DNA of 64,000 nt from Malacoraja senta (Eukaryota). The stretch lies in the NCBI GenBank assembly GCA_038087875.1, contig CM075981.1, positions 2,480,001 through 2,544,000 on the forward strand, read 5' to 3'. Positions within the stretch are counted from its first letter, which is position 1. The number at the start of each line of letters is the position of its first letter. The translations under genes and the position numbers were made by a program. Below the pieces are notes generated by a model. The model worked only from the letters and a program-made list of their open reading frames with translations. It made no database searches and was not told the DNA's origin. This document shows, piece after piece, positions 1 to 10,587 of the stretch.

Positions 1-579
1 ATCAGACAGCTGAGTTGCCCCCACCGACCTTGCAAAGGCCGTAATCCCTCTTGTGAGAAATCTCTGAACTCACTGGAGTTTTAAGTCTTTTGACTTTGTT
101 TTGCCATTCAGATTGCCCCCAAATGGAGGCATTAACCTTCGGGACCAGTGTCTGGCAGTTATCAGGACTAGCATAGTTTACAGCAGTGTCCTGCATGTTC
201 TTCTCATTCAGCTGATGAGAAGTCAAGTAACCAATGCTACTTGCCAGTTCTTCCTCTAACGGTTCTCCTATCCCCGAGGGGATGGCAAATTTATGCCGGC
301 AGCTCCTTTTTAGACTCGTGTTGAAGCATATCATCCACTTATTAAGGGAATTCGAGTTCACTGTCGACTTCCCCACAGTCAGAGTCCACCATGTAATACT
401 CCTCAAAACACCCCTCCTCTGAGTGGTAGATATGATAATGCAACCCTGAACCAGGTATTGCTGCCGCAGCCATCTGACTGGAACTACCTGTATCGGCGCC
501 AGTGTGCGGAGCACATTCTCTTCGACCAACCTCTCAATCAGGTTTTCCACTTCTGAGAGCCGACAGATGATATCCTTAA

Positions 580-722
580 TGGATCAAGTGTTAAAGAAGG
601 AACTGCAGATGCTGGAAAATCAAAGGTACACAAAAATGCTGGAGAAACTCAGCGGGTGCAGCAGCATCTATGGAGCGAAGGAAACAGGCAACGTTTCGGG
701 CCGAAGCCCTTCTTCAGACCCT
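580..722 (-). mobile_element. Short Penelope-like-derived repeat with hammerhead-ribozyme-like core
   Basis: The minus strand reads ctgaaga-agggcttcggccc-gaaacgtt. Related copies lie at ~7975-8105, 14750-14878, 19800-19915, 23145-23300, 25140-25260, 25545-25640 and 27795-27850. Confidence 0.55.
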
Positions 723-984
723 AATGGATGTTGAGGCAGTACCTTCCTGCCCAGTATTGTCCTTTTGGACATATTTTGCCGCCTTGGCCTTCCCCGAACT
801 CGGGTCGCCAAACTACTCCCTTTCGGAGCTTTTGCTCTTTATTTATTTATTTATTACATCACGAACCTGCCAGTCAGGTAATAATGCTACTTGCCAGTTC
901 GGCCTTTACTGCTTTGCCTATGGGGGGGGCGCCATCCAGTTGGGTATGGCTGCCCTGCCTGCAGCTGTCTGTCCTTTCACCACT

Positions 985-1765
985 TTTTTAATTTTAGTAT
1001 GTTAAAAAGTTTTTGTTTGGAGGTCTAGTCTTTTTATGTGGAGAGTGGGGGTGGTGGAAGGGGGAAACTGTATTTCGCAGTCCCTACCTGGTCGGAGATG
1101 CGGCTTTCCTCCGAGTCGTATCTTCGCCCCTTCCTCGTGGCCTACCATCGTGACTGGAGCGGCGTTTCCTGCCGGGACCGGCCAGAACCTCGGCTTCGGT
1201 GGTGGCACAGAGCTGGAGCACCATCACGGAGTGGGCGATGCCTTGCCCGGTTCGCCATGTTGGAGCTCCGGTATGCTGAGTCCGCCGATTGGAACATCGC
1301 GGAGCTGTGGGGCTGTGGAGCGTCCAGCCACGGGCGGCGGCGCCGACTTTAATACCGTGGAGCCGGGGATCTCTCGCTGAGATCGCCAGTGTTGAAGCTC
1401 CGACCAGCGTGGCCTGTTGGCTTCGGGAGCCGCGGTCTCCGGGGAGGAAGCGGCCGTTCCAGATATTCCAAGCCGACGCCAGAGTTCCATCATCTGGCGA
1501 GAGGGCCTGAATCATCAGGCCTCCATAGCGGCAACTGCGGAGGCCTCAATAGGCCCGACTATGGGTGAACAAGAGGATGAGGACTGGACTTTATGCCTTC
1601 CCCCACAGGGGGAACCATTGTAGGGGGATATTTTTATGTTTCATGTTAAATTCTCTAATGTTGTGCTGTATTTTTATTAGTGTGCTGCAATGGCAACTCA
1701 AATTTCACTACACCAATAATTGGTGTATGTGACAATAAATGTGCTTTGAATCCTTTGAATCCTAT
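985..1765 (+). mobile_element. Non-autonomous non-LTR-type element with GC-rich body and AATAAA + (ttgaatcct)n tail
   Basis: It ends tgtgacaataaatgtgctttgaatcctttgaatcct, a typical LINE/SINE 3' end. Family not identified. Confidence 0.4.
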
Positions 1766-2079
1766 CCCCGAGAGAATGGCAAATTCTCTTTTAGAGAGCT
1801 GGCAGCTCAATTTTAGCCATGAGCTGAAAGTATTTTGCATGTGTTGAGGGAATCCGCAAACTCCCTGCCTCTGAGCAGGAGATATCCTCAAATATCTGAA
1901 TTTAACTGCCTGTATCCGTGCAGCACTCGGTTATCCGCACTCTTGTGAGCCGCCTGATAACCTCAATCTTTGATGTTGAAGCAGTCCTTCCCTGACCAAT
2001 ATGGTCCTTCTGAACAGCCAGTTTCAAGTTGGTCTACCCTGAACCGGGGTAGACAAGCGGCTCCTTTTCAGAGCTTTCA

Positions 2080-2540
2080 GAGTTTGCTGTGCAGGCCACC
2101 CTGCCAGCGTCCCTGAGCCCGGGTCGCCAACCTGCTCTTTTTCGGAGCTAGCGGAGGTTACTGTACAGGCTATGCTGCCAGTGTCTCCGAGCCCGGGTCG
2201 CCAAGCTGCTCCATTTCAGAGCTTTCGCAGAGGTTTGTATGCAGATCTTACCTGCCAGCGTCTCCGTCGACCAGCTGCTCCTTATCGGAGCTTCAGTGCA
2301 GTTACTTGTGCAGGCCGCGCCTGTTCACCTCTTCGGACCCACGCTTAAACAGAGGTTGCTGTGCAGGTCCCATCTGCCAGCATCTCCGATCCCGGTGCAA
2401 CAGGCTGCTCCATATCGGAGCCTTGGAGGAGATTACTGTGTAGGTCGCGCCTGCCAGTTACTCCGAGACCAGGCTGGGCCACCTGTCCCTTCCGGAGCTT
2501 TAACTGTGGTTGCTGTACAGGTCGCACCTGTCAGCATCTC
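2080..2540. repeat. Degenerate ~70-75 bp tandem repeat inside the DIRS-like element
   Basis: The unit ...tgtgcagg...ctgccagc.tctcc...ctgctc...cggagct recurs about 6 times. Confidence 0.55.
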
Positions 2541-2994
2541 CAAGCCCGCTGCACCGTTCCTGCAAAAAAAACACCTTACCTGACGGAGCATTTCCAAATG
2601 CATCCGCATCTCGCGCCATGCGACGACGTATTGACGCGTATGTGGGCTGGCGGGTTCTTCACGTAGTCTCGTCACGAGACTTCAATATATAATTCAACAT
2701 TCACCCAGAACCAGTTCCACAAACAAGTTACAGTCTTTAAACTTCCTCACTCTATACTCTTCTTTTCTGTGACATTCACTCACAAATTTCCACACCTCAT
2801 GCAATATGCTGAATCTCAGATATTCACACACTTTAAAACAATAAAATTCTCACTCAAAAGTAAAACACAGTTACACACACCTCAAGGAAATCATGCAATC
2901 ATGTTTGATACACCCAAATACATTTGTTGGAGCAATTAAGCTTAAGTAAGTTTATTATAGTCATGTTCAGTTACCTTTAGTTATTATCTGCCTG

Positions 2995-3367
2995 TGTTAA
3001 TGTGGGTGGGATTTTATACATAATCTGGGGCGTCTTTTTGGCCAGAGGATTCGGCGCAGTCTCTCAGATGATTAGTTTTAGTTTAATGTCGAGGCCATGG
3101 GATGAAACTGTTTTCTACCATGACCACAAGCATAACTGGGGCATATATATGTTGTCAGACAATGTACTTTTACAGGAAGAAGTTTTTATGATTTATATGA
3201 CCTGAATGGAACGACGATTAAGAACGGAAAGTGATGAGTTATTTCATTGTTTTGTATTACTACAATAAAGAAGCTATTAATCAAGAGGCTACTTCTGGTA
3301 GATTAATCTTTGCCGTTTCAAATGTGTCGTGGAGTGCGTGAGACTACTTTTCTAATCATCCCTCACA
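2995..3367 (+). mobile_element. Possible LTR
   Basis: TG...CA-bounded block with internal AATAAA, adjacent to ERV coding remnants. No partner LTR in the window. Confidence 0.3.
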
Positions 3368-3719
3368 AATTTGTGACTATCGAAGGTTGAACTTTGAGAA
3401 GTTGTAAAAACCGCCACTACATTTAAGCAGAAAACTAATTACTACGGAAGAGTGGTAGTAGCAAAAGACTAATTCAACGGTGAACCGAAGAAGCTGGATC
3501 TCTGCCACAGATTACAGCCTGAATTCTGGAAGAAGAAAAGACACGGTTGAATGCCTGGGTCATCGGAAGAAAGAAGACTTCATTGACCGAGGGAGAGCCG
3601 TGAGTAAGAATCGATTGCTTGCTATATTTGAGAAATATCTGAAGTTACAGTCTAAAAAACTTTTTAATAAATACAACACATTCTGAAGAATGGTCTTGAC
3701 CCAAAACACACATTTACAC

Positions 3720-5060
3720 ATCGCTGGTATCCCACTCGACTCTCTTTCTCTCTACTGCTGCTGCTGCTACTCCCCCCTCTTAGACACGGGCATTTCATAA
3801 AAGCTTCAAAGTGTAAGCTACATTACACATTCCCTTCCCTCCTTACCAGCATGCGCAAGGGAGTGTATATGTTGTAAACGAACGGGCAGAAAAGCATCAG
3901 GTACACAAACTTGTCCGAGAGGGGTGAGCCAGAGACCCGTCAAAGAGTCAACAGAGGAGCACTCTCGTTTCCAAAAATCGCGTTGCACGGCAGAGGCGTT
4001 TCCCTGCATTAACTTTACATCACCCATGCATGGCAGAGCCGTTCTGTCTACTAGAATCTTTGGTTCTGTGGGGACCAATGTGCAGAATTCGCAAGTTGCC
4101 GTGCAGGCAGTAATGTCAGCTAGGGCATTCCCTTGGGAGATTTTGTCCTGGCCACTCGTATGGGCATTACACTTATTAATGGCTGGTGGACTGGGAGGGC
4201 TAAGGCTTGCAGTAGGTTCGTCACATAGAGCTGGAAGAGGCGACCATATAGAGGGCGTCCAGTGGCTGGTGCAGTAGCCAGCACTGTTTTAAAATTGCAA
4301 AAGTCTTCTTCTTGTTGGAATGAGAGTGAATTGCTGCGGTGCCTTGGCAGAGGCAAGGGGCGACAGTAGTTTAATGTATAATGCCATGTTGGGGATTCAC
4401 TGTCGGCAGAAATTAACCCAAGCCCAGAAAAGCCCACATCTGTTTAGGAGTGGTTGGGCTGGTGTAGTTCGCAATGGGATCCACCTGGGTGGGTGTCAAT
4501 ACTCGTTCTGTAGCACTGAGCAATATACCATAAATTTTACTTGCGTATGCCCCTGGACTACCTTTCGTTTGGGTAGAATGTAACCCCAGCAGTGGAAGGT
4601 TTTTAGTAGCTCATCAGTGGTCCTCAGCATTCTCCTTATCTCTGTACTTGCAAACAGAAGGCCATCAGCGCACTGTATCACTGCTGAGCCGTGGAGCAGC
4701 TTTAGGGTCTTAAGTTGTTTCAAGATTGTTTTAAACTGTGCAGACGGTTGGTTCGCGGTTAAAGTTCTCATCTCCTGCATAAGTACGATACGCTGTCATA
4801 ATTCTCTCCCAGAAATCATGCGCTGATTCCTTGGGTAAGGATCTGCATTCAATTACTTTGCCTATATCAGGCATTGAGTCAGGGCGGTGAGCACAGCCTC
4901 AATTCTTGCGGGGTCGTTCGGGTACAGTGCCTCAAGAGCCGCCCAAGTTGCGGCACTCAAGAGGGCCTTCCATCGTGCCCCCTCAGTGGGATTTAGGATG
5001 GCGGACGTTAGGGCAAACACATCCCTCGCAGCTGCCTCATACATGGTCAGCGTTCTTGGT
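3720..5060 (-). mobile_element. Degenerate endogenous retrovirus gag-pol remnant (class I/epsilon-like)
   Basis: Fragmentary ORFs lie in retroviral order on the minus strand: gag-like 4862-5044; RT-like 4496-4780 (decayed YxDD, CADGLL); connection-like LATAPATGRPLYGRLFQLYV; integrase N-terminal HxxxH (LQHIHSLAHAGKEG). Confidence 0.6.
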
Positions 5061-6387
5061 TCTTGGTTCTTGGTTTCTTGGTCATGGTCGTAATATAATC
5101 CTGGTAGGTCTTTAATTCAGTCTGGGCTATTTTTAAGTGATCAACAGCACCTCCTGCAGCTTCCAGTGGCTGTATGGAAGGAGGGAAGAGACAAAGACTT
5201 TAAGACTTTTGCCTTCCATCACAGTGAGGAGGTGCCTGGTGAACTCACTGTGGTGGATGTTAAATTTGTGTTTATTGTGTTTTGTTATTTTATTATATGT
5301 ATGACTGCAAGGCAACGAAATTTCATTCAGACTGAAAGGTCTGAATGACAATAAAGGATACTTTGACTTTGTATGCATGCATTACTGCTGGCGGACCAGT
5401 TGGTCCGGGTTCAGCCAATGCATTTGGCAGTGCTCTCATTGGCATTATCTTTATGGTCTCCTGTTGTTTCTTGGCCTTGCGTTTCCTTTGCTCTTTTTGT
5501 TGCACTCTCTCACTGATTGTAAATGATGTATAATGTAGTACTATTCGCATAATGTAGTACAACATAATTTTATTAAAGATCACTTACAGTACACTTCAGC
5601 ATGAAGTCTGGGAATCACTCTCCCAGATCCAAATAAAGCACTACAATTGGTTAATGTGGAGTAACCAATCTGCACTGATGGATTCAATTACTGCACTACC
5701 TTCATCTCCTGCCTCAGCCCATTCCCTTCTACCTTCTCATCTTCCTTTAGTTTCTGAGTCGCTATCAGTATCATTTTCTTCTGGGGGTGCCCGTCCCTGT
5801 AGGGGTGCCGGTGCCCCCACCCTATGGGATCTTAGTGGGGTAGCTCCTGCTGCTAGGGACTGGAGGCCAGGACATATGGGGGAGGTGGTCTACACCATTC
5901 CCGAATTTGTTCCTTATGCCCCCTGAATTTGTTCCTCATCCCCCTCCTCTATAAACAGAGTAGCCATGCCAGATAAGGGGTCCCCGTGGATATTTTGCTT
6001 AGGTTAGGTTTCTGTTTTTGCATTTCCAATTGCTTATTATTCTGTTGGCCAACCGTATTCTCTTTTCTTTTAAATCTTAATGCCAAATTATCCTGTAATC
6101 TTTACGTTTTCCTGGATCCAAATTCCCGGATCCAAATAACACATATGTTGCACCAGAGCTCCCTCATCACTTTTATCCCGAGCCTGTCCCATTATTCGGC
6201 TATATCGGCTCTTTATCTCCCCTATCTATGCCTCTCATCATTTTATATAATTCTATCAGGTCTATTGGGTGTCTCTGTAGTGGCAGCCCTCCACTGTCTA
6301 CTCTAGCCTATTATGATTTTATACTTACACCATAAGTACACTATGAGGTCTCAGACCATGATAGTACAAGACAAAGTACGTGGGGCA

Positions 6388-6615
6388 TCACCAGTGGTGC
6401 AGTGTCCATCGTGGTTGTGTAGGGTTGAGGTGGGTGGCGTAGGGTTGTGGTTGGGGTTGTGCAGGCTGGTTCAACAACCTTATGCTTGCTAGGAGGAAGC
6501 TGCTCTTGAACCTGGAGGTCTCGGTTCTCAGGCTCCTGTACCTTCCCTTTGGTAGTGGTGATAAGAGAGTGTGGCCAGGGTGGTGTGGGTCTTTAGCTGG
6601 AAGACCAGGCTCCAT
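6388..6615 (-). mobile_element. Rex1/Babar-like LINE 3' fragment
   Basis: HPGHTLLSPLPKGRYRSLRTETSRFKSSFLLASIRLLN matches the C-terminus of this LINE type. Similar fragments occur at ~13150-13400, 26950-27250, 43130-43430 and in the intron of each Ig gene. Confidence 0.65.
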
Positions 6616-6717
6616 ACGGAGGTAAGAAGGCTCCTTGACTCAACCAAAATTGACTCCCAACGAGGGTCAAAACTGGACTCTAATCAGCAGCCCTAACAAT
6701 GCACTAGGGCAATGCAT

Positions 6718-7020
6718 GGGCGGCACAGTGGCGCAGCGGTAGAGTTGCTACCTTACAGTGCTAGAGACCTGCCTTCGATTGTGACTACAAGTACTGTCTG
6801 TACGGTGTTTGTACGATCTCCATGTGACCGTGTGGGTTTACGCCGGGTGCTCTGGTTTCCTTTCAGATTGCAAAGACGTGCAGATGTTTAGGTTAATTGG
6901 CTTCAGTAAATTGTACCTAGTGTGTAGGTACGGGTGATCACTGGTTGGATTGGACTCGGAGGGCCAAAGAGCCTGTTTCCATCTGTATCTCCAAGCAAAA
7001 CTGAACTAAACTAAACTAAT
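6718..7020 (+). mobile_element. tRNA-derived V-SINE (HE1-like); representative of many copies
   Basis: tRNA-like head ggcggcacagtggcgcagcggtagagttgct, V-domain core (ctcc.tgtgaccgtgtgggttt..ccgggtgctctggtttcc) and (ctaaa)n tail. Other copies: ~7645-7955, 13478-13790, 14424-14730, 20380-20775(-), 22355-22620, 24378-24680, 30066-30370(-), 44410-44660(-), 63575-63880. Confidence 0.85.
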
Positions 7021-8563
7021 TTAAAGGCAACCCCATGACACTTAACCCGGCGATGTTGTCCGTAGTGAGCAAGAGTTGCACGAAGTTCACACCCAACTCC
7101 ATGCTGGCGTACAAAGAATCACTCACACCGGCTGTCTTCAGGGCAGGCAGAAGAGAGTTTATTTCCATTAATCGTACATTTACCGGTGCAAGCAGGATCA
7201 GTTCTCCTCACTGCATGCGATCCACGCCCACACCTTCCACGCTGCTCATCTTTATACCTTTACTGTTCCCTACTTAGTGTCATAGTCATACAGCACGGAA
7301 ACAGGCCCTTCAGCCCAACTTGCCCATGCAGACCCATATACCCCATCTAAGCTCATCCCATTTCACTACATTTGGCCCATATCCCCATAAAACCATTCCT
7401 GTCCATGTACCCACCCATCAGTCTATTAAATGTTGTTGTAGTACCTGCCTCAACTACCTCCTCTGGCAGCTCGTTCCATACACCCACCACCCTCTAACTG
7501 TAAATGTTGTCCCTTAGGTTCCTTTTAAACCTTGCCCCTATCACCTTAAACCTACGTCCCCTGGTTCCAAATCTGGGCTTGGCCTAAGTGCGTCAAGTTT
7601 ATGATAACGGACGTTATTGTGTTTGTGCTGACCTGCCCCCGACTTCTTTGCGGCACGGTGGCGCAGCGGTAGATTTTCTGCCTCTCAGCGCCAGAGACTC
7701 AGGTTCAATACTGACTACGGGTGCTGTCAGTACAGAGTTGGGACGTTCTCACTGTGACCGTGCGGGTTTCCTCCAGGTGCTCTGGTTTCCTCCCACATCC
7801 CAGACGTGCGTGTTTGTAGGTTAATTGGCCTGTGTAAATTGTCTCTGGAGTGTGAGCTAGAACGATTGCATGGGATGATCATTGGTCTCCACGGACCCAG
7901 TGGGCTGAAGGGCCTGTTTCCCTGTTGTACCTCTGGACTAAACTAACCTAAACTGAACTAGGCTTTGCTACTGGGTAGGAAGGCACTGCAGATGCTGGTT
8001 TACACGAAAGACAGACACAAAATGCTGGAGTAACTCAGCAGGACTGACAGCAACTCTGGATAGAAGGAATAGGATACGTTTCGGGTCAAGACCCTTCTTC
8101 AGACTGAGAGTCAGGGAAGAGGGAGACAGAGATATGGAAAGGTAAGGTGTGAACACGATACATCAAAGGAGGCGATGTTTAAGGAAAATCTGGAATTGAT
8201 CATTGTTAGCTGGGGGAAGGTGACAACGAAGTATAAAAAGAAAAATTGTAATCAGGAAGACAGTCAGACTGGTTGGAGGACTAGGGTGGGGGAGGGACAG
8301 AGAGAGGCGGAAAGCAAGGGTTACGTGAAGTTATAGAAGCCAATATTCAAACAACTGGGTTGTAAACTGCCCAAGTGAAATGTGAGTGGTGTCCCTCCAA
8401 TTTGCACTCGGCCTCACTCTGACAGTGGAGGTGGCCCAGGACAGAAAGGTCAGTGTGGGAATGGGAGGGGGAGTTAAAGTGTTTAGCAAACGGTAGATCA
8501 CGTGGGTTTAGGTAAACTTTGCTACTGTCCCTGGAACGGTCCCTGCTGAATCAATGGGAGGTT

Positions 8564-9091
8564 TCACTCTATTTTCAGCCAGGTCAATACATGACATTTC
8601 CCATGATGAGCAGTGGACCAAATGCAGGTATATGTCCCGGCATCTTTCTCTTTTACCCCCAACAGGAGCAACGAGGCGTCCCGATGCAAGAACACGTTGT
8701 CATTCACGAACTTCCAGTGGTGATAAGATCCCTGATATCCCACTGAAAACCCACTGTGATGCGGGGCAATGGCAACACCGTTTTTTTTCCATGTGACGAG
8801 GCTAGGTTCACTGTAATGCTTGGATATTTTACAGGGCAGCGTAACAGAACCACCCGGAGACACAACGACCACCTGCAGACTAATGATTAAAGGGTGATGA
8901 CCGGCATAACCTGGCTTGTCCATGCATCTTGGAAGCTGTTTATCGTTGACTTGCCGAGTCTTTCGTGCGTTCCACCCAGGCAAGTTTGCTTCCTCTCCCC
9001 ATTCTCTGGAGATCGGACCTGTTCCAGTTCCGGAGACTTGCCACACCATCTCCACAAGGACCATGAATCCTATCCATCTCTGCAGTCCCAT
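8564..9091 (-). CDS. U1: secreted single Ig V-domain preproprotein (175 aa), intact, subfamily A
   Basis: Signal-like MGLQRWIGFMVLVEMVWQVSG, propeptide ending RKTR, then V-set motifs TLPCK / W-KK / RDASLLL / DAGTYTC and a stop with no TM. A splice acceptor tttcacccacag|gaac lies 4 nt before the ATG. Confidence 0.85.
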   Translation of the reverse strand: MGLQRWIGFMVLVEMVWQVSGTGTGPISREWGEEANLPGWNARKTRQVNDKQLPRCMDKPGYAGHHPLIISLQVVVVSPGGSVTLPCKISKHYSEPSLVTWKKNGVAIAPHHSGFSVGYQGSYHHWKFVNDNVFLHRDASLLLLGVKEKDAGTYTCIWSTAHHGKCHVLTWLKIE

Positions 9092-9646
9092 GTTCCTGTG
9101 GGTGAAACAATGGGTCACCTTATTGTAACTCAGTAGGATTTATGATGACATTCCCATTACCTGCCCAGAGTTGGGGAACTAAGAACATCGGTTTAAGGTG
9201 AGGGGAGAAAGATTTAATGGGAAACTGAGGGGCGACTTTTTTACACAAAGGGAGGAGGGTGTTTGGAACGAGCTACCGGAAGAGTTAGTTGAGGCAGGTA
9301 CTATCACAATGATTAAGAAACAGTTAGACAGGTACATGGATAGGACAGGATTAGAGGGGTAAGGGCAAAAAGCAGGTAGGTGGGTCTAGATTTGATGGGA
9401 CAATTTGGTGGGCGTGGGCAAGTTGGGCCGAAGGTCTCGCTGTATGACTCCATCACTTGTCCCAGCCCGGTCATTCCTGCTTCTCCCTGGTCCTAGCAGA
9501 AGGTACAGAAGCTTGAAAGCTCACACCACCAGACTCAGGAACAGCTTCTTCCCCTCTGCTATCAGGCTTCTGAACTGGGGGATCAGTGTACAGAGACAAT
9601 CCCACCCCCATCACTCACAGACACTTGGATCCACAGGGGTGGTTAC

Positions 9647-9800
9647 CAGCTCCGGAGTCTCCACACAGGGTGACGGGGCTGGTCTTGTTCACATCTCCTG
9701 CCATCGCTCGCTCCTTTTATACCTACTCCCGGCTTCTCCTGACCCTCATTGCCTGCGCTCACGTACTTTCAACCAATCACTGTCTCCCACGGAGCATTGG
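9647..9800 (-). promoter_or_regulatory. U1 promoter + non-coding exon 1
   Basis: CCAAT (9796-9800, minus), inverted CCAAT (9773-9777), TATAAAAG (9714-9721), donor gctg|gtaacc at 9647/9646, intron 9646-9096. Confidence 0.75.
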
Positions 9801-10587
9801 CCGGTGTCAGCCGCGACCTCTCCACCCTCTGCCAAACGTGTCCTTGCATCAGCCATTAACGTTTAACAAGAACAACGCCATCCCAGCTGCCAGAGGCCAA
9901 CCAGGCGCCACACACATCCTGCTTGTGTCTCCACCACGTCTGGCCCAGCCACGCCACGTCACCACCGCAACCCTGGCACCTGCACTGTTTTCACAGTTTA
10001 TACTCAGCAGTGCAGGGAGCCAGTGTCACCTCTCCCCGATCAACCCCCTCAACCTGTAACCTACCCCCTGCCCACTGCTGGACAGCAGTTGGTGGAGCAG
10101 CTGTTCCACAAGTCACTGGTCAGGAGAGAGTTGAAGTGGGGGGGTGGTGACCACAGACAGAGAACATCGGTCGGCCCAGGACTGGGTTTGTCATGGCCCC
10201 AGTGAACCCCAGGGAGGAACAACAGTCGACTAATTTCAGAAATCAACTTTATTCAGAATAAAAAAGACACAACACAAACCGTGTGACAATAGACAATAGA
10301 CAATAGGTGCAGCAGCAGGCCATTTGGCCCTTCGAGCCAGCACCGCCATTCAATGTGATCATGGCTGATCATCCCCAATCAGTACCCCGTTCCTGCCTTC
10401 TCCCCATATCCCCTGACTATTTTTTACAGCTCTATCTAGCAGGTCTTTCTTGAAAGCATCCAGAGAACCGGCCTCCACTGCCCTCTGAGGCAGAGAATTC
10501 CAGTGTGAAAAGACTCTTCATCCAATCTCAGTGTGTACATTGAATAATGTCATACTCAGTAGTGTTTGCACTTGTCATTAAAGCAAC

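Larger units (their letters stand above)
1..2690 (-). mobile_element. DIRS-type (tyrosine-recombinase) retrotransposon, 5' part (terminal repeat + degenerate ORF1), interrupted by younger insertions at ~580-1790
   Basis: ORF 2..550 resembles DIRS ORF1 (DTAVNYASPDNCQTLVPKVNASIWG). The terminus near 2645-2680 (gctggcgggttcttcacgtagtctc) is the reverse complement of the terminus of the YR-encoding element at ~10590. Confidence 0.6.
6213..9941. repeat. Direct segmental duplication, copy 1 (contains U1)
   Basis: Colinear and highly similar to 12981-18191, which additionally carries a CR1 insertion. Confidence 0.92.

Noticed and set aside
6718-6790. tRNA genes
   Set aside because: The tRNA-like segments are SINE heads continuing into the V-SINE core. 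No complete cloverleaf was recognised.
8564-8900. V domains as rearranging Ig/TCR/IgNAR gene segments
   Set aside because: No CACAGTG heptamer or nonamer follows them. Each already contains a G strand and a stop, and no J, D or C segments are present in the window.
9092-9118. N-terminal extension MTHCFTHRN on the V ORFs
   Set aside because: It overlaps the polypyrimidine tract and AG of the splice acceptor (tttcacccacag|gaac), so it is intronic. The likely start is the following Met.
9405-10059. Recurrent ORFs (MNRDNPTPITHRH..., MVGVGKLGRRSRC...) present about six times
   Set aside because: These are shadow frames on the antisense strand of the duplicated promoter, exon 1 and intronic LINE fragment. 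Starts and ends vary between copies and there are no protein motifs.
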